From: Gammaproteobacteria bacterium
Lineage (GTDB): Bacteria > Pseudomonadota > Gammaproteobacteria > Arenicellales > JAJDZL01
Length of the DNA stretch: 64,000 bases
NCBI GenBank assembly: GCA_022823625.1
Contig: JAJEHQ010000036.1
Span: 1,032-65,031, forward strand
Direction of reading: 5' to 3'
The translations under genes were made by a program, and so were the position numbers. Each line of letters opens with the position of its first letter. The stretch's first letter is position 1. Positions 1-10,611 of the stretch are shown here, one piece after another. The notes beneath the pieces are model-generated. The model was not told the origin of the DNA and made no database searches. It saw only the letters and a list, made by a program, of their open reading frames with translations.

Positions 1-920
1 AAACCCCGATTTTCACCAGCGTGCCAGCGCCTTTTGAAAATCTCCGAGACAGCCCAGGTTTCAAATATCGAGCCAAACAAAGGATGGAAACGTAGCTGAT
101 CTGCAGACTGAATTCCCAACAAAAAACATAACAGCCCTGTATCGACGAAGTGCAGTTTTGGCATTTTGACAATGCGTTTGCGTAAATTTCCGAAAAAAGG
201 CCTTAATCGGTATACCAGGTGGCTAGCCTCAAGGACGCTCCCCCACGACTTCGCGGTGGGTTGAGAAATTCCACAATCTCCGGCCAAAGATGCGTAATTC
301 AACAGTTGCGCCGACCTAGTCGCACTCAGTTCAACATATTGTTGAAATCGCGTCAAACTGTCAATGTTTTTGACCATGCGGACATCTCTTTCCAAATATG
401 TTGCAACATAGGACCGATACCAGTCGGTTGTGTTGCATCCTGTATCATAAATCGGGGGAAACAACCCTCTGAACAAAGTTTCCTCCAGACTTTGTTCACA
501 ATCACCGATTTGAGTGAGTTCAGAGAGGGTGAATGGAAAAAGTTGACGGACAGAGGTGCGTCCAGCCAGGGATTGACTAACTGTTTGGGAAATTGTCAGA
601 TTTTGCGAACCAGTTAAAATCCATTTCCCGGCTGTCCGGTCACTGTCAATAATGGATTGCAGGTAGGAAGGGATATCAGGTACGCGTTGAAATTCATCCA
701 GAATTGCACCGTCTGGCAGATCAGCTAAAAATCCGCGGGGATCTTCCTGTGCGAATCTGCGAATGTCAGGCGACTCAAGATTAACGTATTTGTGATCTGG
801 GAAAATTTTTTGACAAAGTGTAGTCTTGCCACTTTGTCTCGGTCCGGTCAGGGTGATCGCAGGATATGCCGCAGCATCCGAAATCAACAGCGGTGTAATT
901 TCTCGTTCAATAAACATCAT
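1..920 (-). CDS. AAA_14/DUF4143 family ATP-binding protein, partial (runs off window start)
   Basis: Not in the ORF track. Manual minus-strand translation from ATG 920: MMFIEREITPLLISDAAAYPAITLTGPRQSGKTTLCQKIFPDHKYVNLE...AILDEFQRVPD, with Walker A GPRQSGKT and Walker B ILDE typical of this family. Confidence 0.85.
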   Translation of the reverse strand, partial: MMFIEREITPLLISDAAAYPAITLTGPRQSGKTTLCQKIFPDHKYVNLESPDIRRFAQEDPRGFLADLPDGAILDEFQRVPDIPSYLQSIIDSDRTAGKWILTGSQNLTISQTVSQSLAGRTSVRQLFPFTLSELTQIGDCEQSLEETLFRGLFPPIYDTGCNTTDWYRSYVATYLERDVRMVKNIDSLTRFQQYVELSATRSAQLLNYASLAGDCGISQPTAKSWGSVLEASHLVYRLRPFFGNLRKRIVKMPKLHFVDTGLLCFLLGIQSADQLRFHPLFGSIFETWAVSEIFKRRWHAGENRG

Positions 921-1318
921 TACCATTGTACATAATAATAGGATAAATGAAACTATGACTTTTATTTAGCCTATTACTTGGATCCTAATATTGAACGATA
1001 CTGATAGGGTTCCGAATCTAGGCAAAGTCACTGACAGGTGCATCATTTGATTGTCCAGGTTTATCTGCTAGACCGTGCCGGACAACGAAATCCCGCTGCC
1101 ACTGAGTGGATGACTAAAGCAAACAAAGTCGCAGGAAACAACCAATTACAGAGAGGAATAATTTTCGCTTTTGGGACGTTTTCGGGCAAATTTTTCGAAG
1201 TATGTATCCCCAATAATTTCTATTGGTGATAGGCCACCAGTTTGAATTCAATGTAAAATTTTGGTCGATTTAATGACTATTGGTAATAGTACTAACTACC
1301 ATCAGCAAGTATCCATCT

Positions 1319-2605
1319 ATGAATGAACAGAAAACTATCGCCTTTTTTCCAGAAGGTGCCTTTGGTCCAGCACTGAACTCGGTCGGGATTGCGCAGGCCT
1401 GTACCGAAATGGGGCACCGATGCGTATTTCTGACAGATCCGGGATTCGCCGGTGTATTTAGTGATTATGGATTCGAAGAGCGCACTGTCAGGTTGTCAGA
1501 AGAAATGCCTCCGGAAGAGATGGCCAAGTACTGGTCAAACTTCATCGATGGACATATACCGAATTTCAATTTGACGCCGTACCAGCAGATTGACAATTAT
1601 GTGAAGGAGTGCTGGGAAGCCATAGTTGATACAGCGAAATGGGCGGAAAAGGATTTGCCCTCTGTACTGAGTGACCTCAATCCCGACTTAATTTGTATCG
1701 ACAACGTCGTTTTGTTTCCGGCTGCCAAACAGTTTGGCGTGCCTTGGATTCGAATCATCTCCTGTAGCGAAAACGAAATTGAAGATCCAATGATTCCACC
1801 CCACCTGTCGGGTTGTGGTGAGAATGACCTGGAGTGTTTTGAGGCTTACCGCAATCACTTCAACGAAGTCGTAAAGCCGGTGCACGAAGACTTTAATAAC
1901 TTTCTTAAGACCTGCGGTGAAGAGCCATACTCTATTGGGCAGTTCTTTGAAACCTCCCCCTACATGAATCTACTACTGTACCCGGAGCCACTTCAGTACA
2001 AGCGAAAGTACCCCTTAAACCCGGAGAAGTTTCAGTTTCTTGAAGGATGTGTCAGATCCGATGAGCACTATGAGGTACCGGAGTTTAAGCAGAATAACGA
2101 CGCCCCGCTGATTTATCTGAGCTTTGGTTCGTTAGGGTCAGGTGACACAGATCTGTTAAAGCGAATGATTGGAGTTCTGGGCGGACTCGATTATCGAGTT
2201 CTTGTCAATATCGGGGATTATGGCGATGCCTATGATTCAATCCCCGACAATGTTCATATTGCCTCATGGTATCCTCAGCCGTCGGTCATTGAGCAGTGTG
2301 ATGCTGTCATTCACCATGGTGGCAACAACAGTTTTACTGAATGTCTGTATTTTGGTAAACCAGCTTTGATCATGCCTTATGTATGGGATGGTCACGACAA
2401 CTCAACACGTGCACAGGAAACTGGACATGGTCTGAAAATGCACCGTGCTAACTGGACTGAAGAGCAGTTTGCTGGAGCGATTCATACCTTACTCAACGAT
2501 AAGGATATGCAAGCCAAACTTGAGGCAACGAGCGCACATATGAAAAGAGCCAATGGACGCCAGAAAGCAGCTCAAATTATTGATCAGCTGCTTCGCACGA
2601 ATTAG
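1319..2605 (+). CDS. GT-B glycosyltransferase (UDP-glycosyltransferase/MGT-like)
   Basis: C-terminal signature WYPQPSVIEQCDAVIHHGGNNSFTECLYFGKPALIMP and YLSFGSLG; ATG at 1319 preferred over the upstream TTG. Confidence 0.85.
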   Translation: MNEQKTIAFFPEGAFGPALNSVGIAQACTEMGHRCVFLTDPGFAGVFSDYGFEERTVRLSEEMPPEEMAKYWSNFIDGHIPNFNLTPYQQIDNYVKECWEAIVDTAKWAEKDLPSVLSDLNPDLICIDNVVLFPAAKQFGVPWIRIISCSENEIEDPMIPPHLSGCGENDLECFEAYRNHFNEVVKPVHEDFNNFLKTCGEEPYSIGQFFETSPYMNLLLYPEPLQYKRKYPLNPEKFQFLEGCVRSDEHYEVPEFKQNNDAPLIYLSFGSLGSGDTDLLKRMIGVLGGLDYRVLVNIGDYGDAYDSIPDNVHIASWYPQPSVIEQCDAVIHHGGNNSFTECLYFGKPALIMPYVWDGHDNSTRAQETGHGLKMHRANWTEEQFAGAIHTLLNDKDMQAKLEATSAHMKRANGRQKAAQIIDQLLRTN

Positions 2606-2635
2606 ACGCGCTGGACAATACCAGCGGATTCTGGT

Positions 2636-2956
2636 TTAGACTTTGACGTATACCTGGTCGTCAACAACTTTAACAGAGTACGTCTGCAAGTCTTCTTCTG
2701 CGGGTTCTTCGATCACTTCACCTGTGGTGACACTAAATTCAGCAAGGTGTAGTGGGCAGACAATACGGTCCTCCTCGATGTAACCGTCAGAGAGGCACGC
2801 ATATTCATGGGTGCAGACATTGCTGATGGCATAGACGTTATCATCCATTAGTACCAATGCAATTTCTTCAGCGCCGACATCAACCGGGTAGGGAACCCGG
2901 TCTTCCAGATCTGACATCGAAGCGACGGCGTGATAGTTTTCCAAACTTTCGTCCAT
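2636..2956 (-). CDS. Rieske [2Fe-2S] ferredoxin (dioxygenase ferredoxin subunit type)
   Basis: CTH...CPLH Rieske motifs, about 106 aa from ATG 2956. Confidence 0.9.
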   Translation of the reverse strand: MDESLENYHAVASMSDLEDRVPYPVDVGAEEIALVLMDDNVYAISNVCTHEYACLSDGYIEEDRIVCPLHLAEFSVTTGEVIEEPAEEDLQTYSVKVVDDQVYVKV

Positions 2957-3374
2957 AACCTGTTGAAGACCCCGGAAAATTGTGATTGATTTTGGTAGTT
3001 TGCTACCCGTGAACCACGGGTTGTGGCAGATTAGCAAAACCCAGCATTATAGTTTGGGACTCTTGCGAAATTGCCAGTTATGGTTGAGCGTTTTATCTCA
3101 AATAGCCTTCTGATTCTGTTTGGTTTGGAGCCGAACGGACAAAAGTCAGTTTGCTGAACCTCCCCTCACTCAAATGACAAAATTCTAGCGCTTAAAGTAA
3201 TCATAATGAAAGTCAGTTGTTATTCACCCACGGCTCCCACGCTACGGAACTACTGGCATCGATGGTTGGTTGGGCAAAACTAGTTTTCAACTTATTCAAG
3301 CATACCCTCATTATTGTTGTCATCGAATAGAAGCATCATAAACGGTTGAGTTTTTCTAGAGCGTCATTAAAATC

Positions 3375-4241
3375 ATGATTTCCAGTATGACCGGATATGC
3401 CCGGCAAATAAAAGAAACAGATAGGGGTGAATTGACCTGGGCGTTGCGTTCGTTAAATCAACGTTCGCTTGATATCCATATCAATATTCCCGACCAATTT
3501 CGTCCAGTCGAAGCGCAATATCGCCGTAAATTAAATGAAAGCTTCGAAAGGGGGCGGATTGACGCCTCCCTGCTATTTAATCGAGTGTCCGCTGGATCGG
3601 AGACGGGTTTGTTGGACCAGGCGGTACTCACGTCATTGTTTGCCCATGCCGAGGAAGTCCAAAAGTACAGTCCAGACGCTACTGCACTTTCTATTGCGGA
3701 AGTATTGAGGTGGCCCGGGGTTATTAGCATTGATGAAGAACCTGATGAGGCTTTTTTCGGGCTTACACTTCAGTTGTTAGATGAATCGATTGAAGAGTTG
3801 GTGATGGATCGTCGCCGCGAGGGTGGCCAGGTTGAAGAGATTCTTCAGGACAGACTAAAGCTGTTCAAATCCAGCTGTGATGAAGCTGGGAAATTAATTC
3901 CAGAGGCGCAGCAGAGTCTTCGTGAACGGTTTAAAGAAAAACTGGAGGAATTGAATATTGAGGTCGATCCGGGACGATGGGAGCAGGAGATTGGATTGGC
4001 GCTGACTAAACTTGATGTGGCAGAAGAAATCGATCGTATCCACTTACACGTTGTCGAGTTTGAACGAGTGCTGGCTGAAGACTCGATAGTCGGCAAACGA
4101 TTGGGATTTCTACTGCAGGAACTTGTTCGAGAAGTGAATACGCTAGGTGCAAAGACACTGTATTTTCCGTTGAATTCACTAACAGTCGATATGAAGGTGA
4201 TTCTTGAACAAATTCGAGAGCAGGTTCAGAATGTCGAGTAA
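3375..4241 (+). CDS. yicC: YicC/YloC family endoribonuclease
   Basis: N-terminal SSMTGY, C-terminal GKRLGFLLQELVREVNTLGAK...EQIREQVQNVE; directly upstream of gmk. Confidence 0.92.
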   Translation: MISSMTGYARQIKETDRGELTWALRSLNQRSLDIHINIPDQFRPVEAQYRRKLNESFERGRIDASLLFNRVSAGSETGLLDQAVLTSLFAHAEEVQKYSPDATALSIAEVLRWPGVISIDEEPDEAFFGLTLQLLDESIEELVMDRRREGGQVEEILQDRLKLFKSSCDEAGKLIPEAQQSLRERFKEKLEELNIEVDPGRWEQEIGLALTKLDVAEEIDRIHLHVVEFERVLAEDSIVGKRLGFLLQELVREVNTLGAKTLYFPLNSLTVDMKVILEQIREQVQNVE

Positions 4242-4277
4242 CCAGCAGTTTTTACTTTCTATTCGACAGGGGATGGT

Positions 4278-4895
4278 GTGTTAGAAACCGCCCCCGTAAT
4301 TCTGATCATTGCTGCAGCATCCGGAACTGGAAAATCCAGTCTGGCGAGAGCTTTGGTTAATTCAGAACCTGCGGTGGTTCTGTCGGTTTCCCACACGACC
4401 CGAAAGATTGGACAAGGCGAAATTGATGGGCGGGAGTATTTCTTCATTTCAGAGCAAACATTCAAAAAAATGGCTGAAGCAGGCCACTTTGCTGAATATG
4501 CAAAAGTTTACGACCACTACTATGGAACCTCAAAAAAAACCATCACGGACAATCTGGAATCTGGTCTTAGCGTGGTTCTCGATATCGACTGGCAGGGTGC
4601 GCAACAGGTTGCCCGTCAGTTTGAATGTGCAGTGAGAGTGTTTTTACTGCCGCCATCCATCCACACATTACGAACCAGGCTGATCAATCGCAAACGTGAT
4701 CCAGAAAAAGCCATTCACTCTAGATTGCAAGTGGCAATTGAGGACATGAAGCATTACACAGAATTTGATCACGTCATTTTGAATGATGACTTTGACGCCG
4801 CACTACTGGACCTGAAGTCCATTTTGCCGGGTCATTCTGGAATAACCCGCCCCTTGCCAGAGAATCTGCTTGAAAATCTAGGCATTGCTGCCTGA
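4278..4895 (+). CDS. gmk: Guanylate kinase
   Basis: P-loop AASGTGKSSL, SVSHTTR, GREYFF, YYGT, LDIDWQGA. Confidence 0.95.
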   Translation: MLETAPVILIIAAASGTGKSSLARALVNSEPAVVLSVSHTTRKIGQGEIDGREYFFISEQTFKKMAEAGHFAEYAKVYDHYYGTSKKTITDNLESGLSVVLDIDWQGAQQVARQFECAVRVFLLPPSIHTLRTRLINRKRDPEKAIHSRLQVAIEDMKHYTEFDHVILNDDFDAALLDLKSILPGHSGITRPLPENLLENLGIAA

Positions 4896-5120
4896 CTCCT
4901 GTCAGCATTCACCAGCCTCACACACTGACCATTCGCCAGCCACATCGATAGGGGCGACCGGGTTGTGTGCATCATTGCATACAAATCGAAGAATACTCCC
5001 TGCTGGAAAAGGTTGAGAATAACCTGAACAAAATTTAATGATTCTGAAATCTTGTGTCAATATTCGGCCAAGTAGAATGTTCTCATTCAAACTTCCAGTT
5101 CCTTAATCAGAGGTGAATCC

Positions 5121-6692
5121 ATGCAATTTATGCAAATGAACAACAAGAAACTCCTGAGCAAAGTTTCGATTCTAATGACATTGGCCGTTGCAATAATTGC
5201 AATTGGCCTGGTCCTGCGAACTGAGTCAACTGTACACGCGGTTGAGGGTGCAAAACCCGTCGGAGTTGAACTTGGCGACGTCGTGATCAACCAAGGTTTT
5301 GCCGAGATGATTGAAGCCGTTACACCCGCAGTGGTTTCACTGGAGGTGACGCAAAAGCTTCCGGCATCTTACCAGGATCAAGAGTTTCCTTTAGATCCCT
5401 TCAAAAACTTCAGAGAGAAAGGGCCAGGTCAAATTCCTGATTGGTTTTGGGAGCAGTTTCCTTGGGCTCCGGAAAATTTCGGAAACAAGGAAAGGAAAAA
5501 GTCCCCACCTCAACGGCCGTTTTCTGGAGTTGGCGCCGGTCTCGTGTTTGATCCATCTGGTCTCATCGTTACGAATAACCACGTAATCGACAATGCAGCG
5601 GAAATTCGGGTCACACTACACGATGGCAGAGTTCTCGAAGCTGAAGTAGTCGGTGTCGATCAGTTTACAGATCTTGCGGTATTGCGGATCAAAGCAGACG
5701 AACAGCTGCCATATGCAGAATTTGGAAAAACCGAAAAGGTTCGAGTCGGCGATTGGGCAATCGCAATCGGTGATCCGTTCGGACTGCAAAAATCAGTATC
5801 GTTGGGAATTGTTTCGGCGATGGGAAGAAATTTTTCCTATGATTCACCAAAGGTGCCTCTTATCCAGGTTGACGCAGCTGTCAATCGCGGAAATTCCGGC
5901 GGGCCTCTATTCAACGCGATGGGTCAGGTCATTGGAATAAACACGATGATTATTTCTCCAAGTGGATCGTCTGCCGGTGTTGCCCTGGCAGTGCCGTCAT
6001 CCATTGTTGAAGACATCGTAACGACTATTCAGACTGAGGGTCGCGTAACGCGGGGTTGGCTTGGTGTTGAGATACAGAATGTCACAGCCGACATAGCCGG
6101 TGCGTTGGGACTGGATGAAGAAGACCCACACGGTGCTTTGGTTTCACGCATACAAGTTGACAGTCCGGCAGAGAATGCTGGAATTGAAGTGGGCGACATT
6201 ATTGTTTCGTTCAATGGACAGCGGATTGACGACATTCAAGCTCTATCAAAGATTGTGAAGTTGACAGTTCCAGGCTCTGAAGTTCCGATTTTTGTATTGC
6301 GAAATGGGGAACGAATTGAGCTTCAGGGTACTGTTGACTTACTGGCCATGAGCGGACAGGAAATGGAAAAGATGGCAGCACCAGAAGAAGTTCAAGAACC
6401 GCCAATTGGTGCATCAGTGGCAACACTGACTCCCGAGCTTCGTAAAAAGTATCGTATCAATCGAGCTGTCAAGGGTGTAGTGATTACAGATGTGATGGCC
6501 GACAGCCCAGCTGCTAAAGCCGGGCTGGAAGAAGGCGATGTAATTGTGTCTATCAACAATCAGTCGGTAGATTCGTCTGAAAGTGCCAGTGAAGTGATTC
6601 AATCGGTTACCGAAACTGGAAAGTCAAGTGCACTACTGTTGGTTGCCGACGGCCAAGGTAAGCAACAGTTTATTGTGATTGCTCTTTCCTAA
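5121..6692 (+). CDS. HtrA/DegQ-type periplasmic serine protease with two PDZ domains
   Basis: N-terminal hydrophobic segment; TNNHV, DLAVL and GNSGG catalytic triad motifs; two PDZ repeats (SPAENAGI, SPAAKAGL). Confidence 0.93.
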   Translation: MQFMQMNNKKLLSKVSILMTLAVAIIAIGLVLRTESTVHAVEGAKPVGVELGDVVINQGFAEMIEAVTPAVVSLEVTQKLPASYQDQEFPLDPFKNFREKGPGQIPDWFWEQFPWAPENFGNKERKKSPPQRPFSGVGAGLVFDPSGLIVTNNHVIDNAAEIRVTLHDGRVLEAEVVGVDQFTDLAVLRIKADEQLPYAEFGKTEKVRVGDWAIAIGDPFGLQKSVSLGIVSAMGRNFSYDSPKVPLIQVDAAVNRGNSGGPLFNAMGQVIGINTMIISPSGSSAGVALAVPSSIVEDIVTTIQTEGRVTRGWLGVEIQNVTADIAGALGLDEEDPHGALVSRIQVDSPAENAGIEVGDIIVSFNGQRIDDIQALSKIVKLTVPGSEVPIFVLRNGERIELQGTVDLLAMSGQEMEKMAAPEEVQEPPIGASVATLTPELRKKYRINRAVKGVVITDVMADSPAAKAGLEEGDVIVSINNQSVDSSESASEVIQSVTETGKSSALLLVADGQGKQQFIVIALS

Positions 6693-6732
6693 TGACTTCC
6701 TCCTCCTAAAAACCAGTATGGTTTTTGCATTT

Positions 6733-6769
6733 TCCGGGCATCTTTTTCGAGATGCCCGGATATTTTTTG
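6733..6769 (+). terminator. Intrinsic terminator after the protease
   Basis: 11-bp stem TCCGGGCATCT/AGATGCCCGGA, 6-nt loop, followed by TATTTTTT. Confidence 0.75.
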
Positions 6770-6846
6770 TGCATAAACTTCAATCTGCATAAATTGTTTA
6801 TATTGAGAACAATGAATAGCACAATCCAAAATGTTGAGAGGTGGTG

Positions 6847-7533
6847 ATGCGAATTCTGGTGGTTGAAGATGACGAACACACCAGGCGCTTTATTGCAAAG
6901 GGACTGAAGGAATCAGGACACATTGCAGAGGAGGCCGATAATGGCGTCGATGGATTGCACCGGGCACGGACTGAAGAATTTGCCGCGCTTATTGTTGATC
7001 GCATGCTGCCTAAATTAAGTGGTCTTGAACTGGTACGTAATCTGCGCCAGGAAAACATTTCAACACCAATCCTGATCTTGAGCGCACTAGGTGACGTTGA
7101 GCAGCGTATCGAGGGTCTTAAATCAGGCAGCGACGATTACCTCAAAAAACCGTTTTCGTTTGCTGAACTTCTAGCCCGAATTGAATCGATCGTTCGACGC
7201 GTTGACAAGTCAGAAACTGAAACCCGGCTCACAGTCGGCGAACTCAGTATGGACCTGATCAAACGGGAAGTCAGAATGAAAGGCGAGAAGATTGACCTCA
7301 GACCGATTGAATTTCGTATTCTTGAAGTCCTAATGCGTTCAAGCGGTCAACTGGTAACCCGTACAATGCTGCTGGAACGGGTCTGGAACTATAACTTTGA
7401 TCCACAGACCAATGTGGTGGATACGCACATTTCCAGGCTGAGGTCTAAAATTGACATTCCGTACAGATACCCACTCATTCACACCATTCGTGGATCCGGC
7501 TACCAGATGAATCCACCTGTTGAGGATTCTTGA
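6847..7533 (+). CDS. OmpR-family response regulator
   Basis: ILVVEDD, DRMLP, DDYLKKPF receiver motifs; winged-helix TNVVDTHISRLR...TIRGSGY. Confidence 0.93.
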   Translation: MRILVVEDDEHTRRFIAKGLKESGHIAEEADNGVDGLHRARTEEFAALIVDRMLPKLSGLELVRNLRQENISTPILILSALGDVEQRIEGLKSGSDDYLKKPFSFAELLARIESIVRRVDKSETETRLTVGELSMDLIKREVRMKGEKIDLRPIEFRILEVLMRSSGQLVTRTMLLERVWNYNFDPQTNVVDTHISRLRSKIDIPYRYPLIHTIRGSGYQMNPPVEDS

Positions 7534-7566
7534 GACGCAGACGGACTCAACGCGAGTCACCTAGGG

Positions 7567-9012
7567 TTGCTCAGAGTGGCGCTGTTAATTCCAAAATACT
7601 TCAAAAGCTACACCTTCGTTCTGTCGGTCATTTACGCAGCATTGTTCTGCGCGTCAATCATTGTTGTGCTGACGATAGTTTACTTTTCAGCTTTTCAATT
7701 TCTTCGGGCACAGACTGACCAGCGAATAGATGAAGACGTTATAAGAATAATTGCCAGCACGGACTGGACAAACACCCGCACTTTTGACATTCGTGACATT
7801 CGTGACTATTTGTCAAATCGCAGGCGCCTGCATCCAAAAAGCGATCCATCGGTTTATTTACTCGTGGATCGAAATGGAATTTACGTCGCAGGAAATTTGC
7901 ATAAGTGGCCGTCTGATTTATCCTATGTTGATCAATCGCGTCTGGAGTTTTTCGCACAGGTCTACTACGATGACGATACAAGAAAGAACCATCCAGTGCG
8001 GGCAATCGTTGTAACGCTTGACAATACTGGTCATAAATTGCTCGTTGGCAGAGACATCAAGGAGATCGAGGCACTGCGGCAAGGATATTTGCGCTTGTTC
8101 TGGTGGAGTATGGTGGCTGCAGTTTTTCTCGCAATTCTTGGCGCCTACTGGGTTTCACGAATCGTATCGCGGCGGCTTGAGAGAGTTAATGCACTAAGCC
8201 GCTCCGTGATGGCAGGCGACCTGTCACAGCGCGTTGAATTCAATGCCAGCGGCGATCAATTCGATGATCTGGCTGATAACATAAACCAGATGCTCGAAAG
8301 AATTCAGACCCTGGTTGAAGCAATTCGAAGTGTGTCTGACAACATAGCGCACGATCTGAGAACACCACTGACAAGATTGCGAAACGACCTTGATGAGATT
8401 GCCAGAAATTTAAGTGGACGACCAGAGCCGGGAATGGAACAGGCGAAAGAGTCCGTCGAAAAAGCGATCTTTGAAGCGGATTCTCTGCTTCGAACATTTG
8501 AGGCGTTGTTGCGAATTGCCCGGTTGGAGAATCGGCCTTTTGGAGAGTCATTCAACGAGGTGTCGGTCGGACCATTGTTTGAAGAATTAATTGATCTATA
8601 TGGGCCGATTGCAGATGGTCAGTCAATCTCTCTCACATCATCGGTTGAAAGTGACTCAGCCGTTGTTTTTGTCGATCGGGATGCACTGGCTCAGGCGCTG
8701 GCTAATTTGGTGGACAATGCGCTGAAATATACTCCGCAGCATGGAACGATCGCGGTAGAGGGCAAAAGCTCAGCGAACGGTTTCGAAATTGCAATCTCAG
8801 ATAACGGGCTAGGCATTCCGGCTGAGTATCATCAGGAAGTACTCAAGCGCTTCGTTCGACTGGATGACGGTAGTCGAACAACACCTGGAAATGGGCTGGG
8901 ACTAAGTCTTGTTGCGGCTGTTGCCCGTATGCACAACTTGGACCTTGTTCTTGAAGATGCCAAACCCGGTCTTCGAGTACGGCTGAAAAATTTCAAACTA
9001 GTAAAGCCATAA
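7567..9012 (+). CDS. Sensor histidine kinase (two TM, HAMP, HisKA, HATPase)
   Basis: AHDLRTPL H-box, NLVDNALKY, DNGLGI, GNGLGL. Confidence 0.92.
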   Translation: MLRVALLIPKYFKSYTFVLSVIYAALFCASIIVVLTIVYFSAFQFLRAQTDQRIDEDVIRIIASTDWTNTRTFDIRDIRDYLSNRRRLHPKSDPSVYLLVDRNGIYVAGNLHKWPSDLSYVDQSRLEFFAQVYYDDDTRKNHPVRAIVVTLDNTGHKLLVGRDIKEIEALRQGYLRLFWWSMVAAVFLAILGAYWVSRIVSRRLERVNALSRSVMAGDLSQRVEFNASGDQFDDLADNINQMLERIQTLVEAIRSVSDNIAHDLRTPLTRLRNDLDEIARNLSGRPEPGMEQAKESVEKAIFEADSLLRTFEALLRIARLENRPFGESFNEVSVGPLFEELIDLYGPIADGQSISLTSSVESDSAVVFVDRDALAQALANLVDNALKYTPQHGTIAVEGKSSANGFEIAISDNGLGIPAEYHQEVLKRFVRLDDGSRTTPGNGLGLSLVAAVARMHNLDLVLEDAKPGLRVRLKNFKLVKP

Positions 9013-9058
9013 ACTATAGGTCCTGTAAGCGCCGGTGGTTTTCGACATCCAGCTTTTT

Positions 9059-9961
9059 ATGTTGACCGACTCATTTCAAAAATCAAAATTTGATGACTGG
9101 AATGATCGGTTTTTTCAGGCAGATCCAAGCCCTTTGGCCACACATTACTGGAATGCCTGTCAAGTTGAGTTGCTTGCGTTAAAGCCTGGTAATGTTCATC
9201 TTTATGCAGATGGGCACGGGATGACGGTCGATCATTTTTTGGCGAGTGCTTACGCGACCGCACCCAAGCTGACAGATCCAATGTTGAGTTTGGGTGAACG
9301 GGTGCTGCAGTCTGTTATTGCGACTCGCGATGCTGTAAGCTTGAACACCAATCTTGGCGTGATTCTGTTGTGCGCGCCGCTAGCCATTGCGGCAGAGAAG
9401 GCATCTGGAGCCACTCTACGGCAGACAATCGACGATGTCATACGAGAAACTAACGTACAGGAGGCGGAACTGATCTTTCAGGCAATCAGAATGGCAGCAC
9501 CATCTGGACTTTCGACTGCGAAGGTAAATGATGTTTGGGAACATGCTCAACAAGGTATTTATGCGATTATGAAGTCAGCAGAATCGAAAGACATGATTGC
9601 CAGACAGTATGCAACAGGTTTTGCCGATGTATTCGAGGTCGGTTTAAATGAGGTGGATGAAGGTGTCGCGCTGAACCTCAATCAAAGAGATTTAGCGGTG
9701 AGAATCTATCTTGGATTTCTATCGCGCTTTCCGGATACACATATCACACGGCAGTTCGGTAGAGCTGTTGCTGAAGATATTCGGTCCGAAGCGAAGTCAC
9801 TTTATGCTGAACTTTGCAAGTTGAACTCGACACAGTTGATGTGCGACAGACTGATGGACTACGATGAGAATTGGAAGTCCCGCGAGGTAAATCCGGGAAC
9901 CTCTGCTGACTTAACCGTTGCAACTCTATTTACCTACCAAATCAAAAATGCAGTAAATTAG
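9059..9961 (+). CDS. CitG/triphosphoribosyl-dephospho-CoA synthase-like protein (orf7-like of methylotroph C1 clusters)
   Basis: KPGNVH, NTNLG, PDTHI and NPGTSADL motifs; directly upstream of fae. Confidence 0.85.
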   Translation: MLTDSFQKSKFDDWNDRFFQADPSPLATHYWNACQVELLALKPGNVHLYADGHGMTVDHFLASAYATAPKLTDPMLSLGERVLQSVIATRDAVSLNTNLGVILLCAPLAIAAEKASGATLRQTIDDVIRETNVQEAELIFQAIRMAAPSGLSTAKVNDVWEHAQQGIYAIMKSAESKDMIARQYATGFADVFEVGLNEVDEGVALNLNQRDLAVRIYLGFLSRFPDTHITRQFGRAVAEDIRSEAKSLYAELCKLNSTQLMCDRLMDYDENWKSREVNPGTSADLTVATLFTYQIKNAVN

Positions 9962-10057
9962 AATTGCCATTGGCTGTTCAAAGTTTCGTGGCTTATTTCG
10001 ACTGCTGACTGCGAATCGTCAAACTAAATTTAATGTTCACTATATGGAGAAGACAAA

Positions 10058-10564
10058 ATGGCAATTGATAATGTACGAGTAGGCGAATCACTTGTTGGTG
10101 ACGGTAACGAGGTTGCTCACATTGACCTGATTATGGGTCCGCGGGGCTCTGCAGTAGAAGCTGCATTTTGTAATACCTTGTGCAACAACAAGGATGGTTT
10201 TACCAGCCTGTTGGCGGTTGCTTCACCGAATGTACCTGCAAAGCCGAACACGGTTATGTTCAACAAGGTTACGATGAAAGGTGCCAAGCAGGCGGTGCAG
10301 ATGTTTGGTCCTGCCCAGCGTGCGGTTTCCATGGCTGTCATTGACAGCGTTGAAGATGGTACCATACCGGCTGATGAGGCGGATGATCTGTTTGTTTGCG
10401 TTGGCGTATTTATTCACTGGGAAGCGGAGGATGACACCAAGATCCAGGATTACAATTACGAAGCAACGCGTGAAGCTATCAGACGCGCTGTAACGGGTCG
10501 TCCCACTGCACAGGAAGTGATTGAACAGAAGGGTGCTTCCCATCCTTTTGCCGCACATGACTGA
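10058..10564 (+). CDS. fae: Formaldehyde-activating enzyme
   Basis: [52 protein letters not shown]; RBS GGAGAAG upstream. Confidence 0.97.
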   Translation: MAIDNVRVGESLVGDGNEVAHIDLIMGPRGSAVEAAFCNTLCNNKDGFTSLLAVASPNVPAKPNTVMFNKVTMKGAKQAVQMFGPAQRAVSMAVIDSVEDGTIPADEADDLFVCVGVFIHWEAEDDTKIQDYNYEATREAIRRAVTGRPTAQEVIEQKGASHPFAAHD

Positions 10565-10574
10565 TAGGCTAGAG

Positions 10575-10611
10575 CAACAGGTGCCAGGCTCCAATAACCT
10601 GGCACCTGTTG
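10575..10611 (+). promoter_or_regulatory. Strong stem-loop downstream of fae (mRNA stabiliser or partial terminator)
   Basis: Perfect 14-bp stem CAACAGGTGCCAGG/CCTGGCACCTGTTG with 9-nt loop and only a weak U-tract. Confidence 0.6.

Noticed and set aside
219-617. 132-aa plus-strand ORF in the track
   Set aside because: Antisense shadow of the minus-strand AAA/DUF4143 gene.
5121-9012. DegQ-response regulator-kinase trio as a regulator of the C1 genes
   Set aside because: A common envelope-stress arrangement; proximity to the citG-like gene is the only link.
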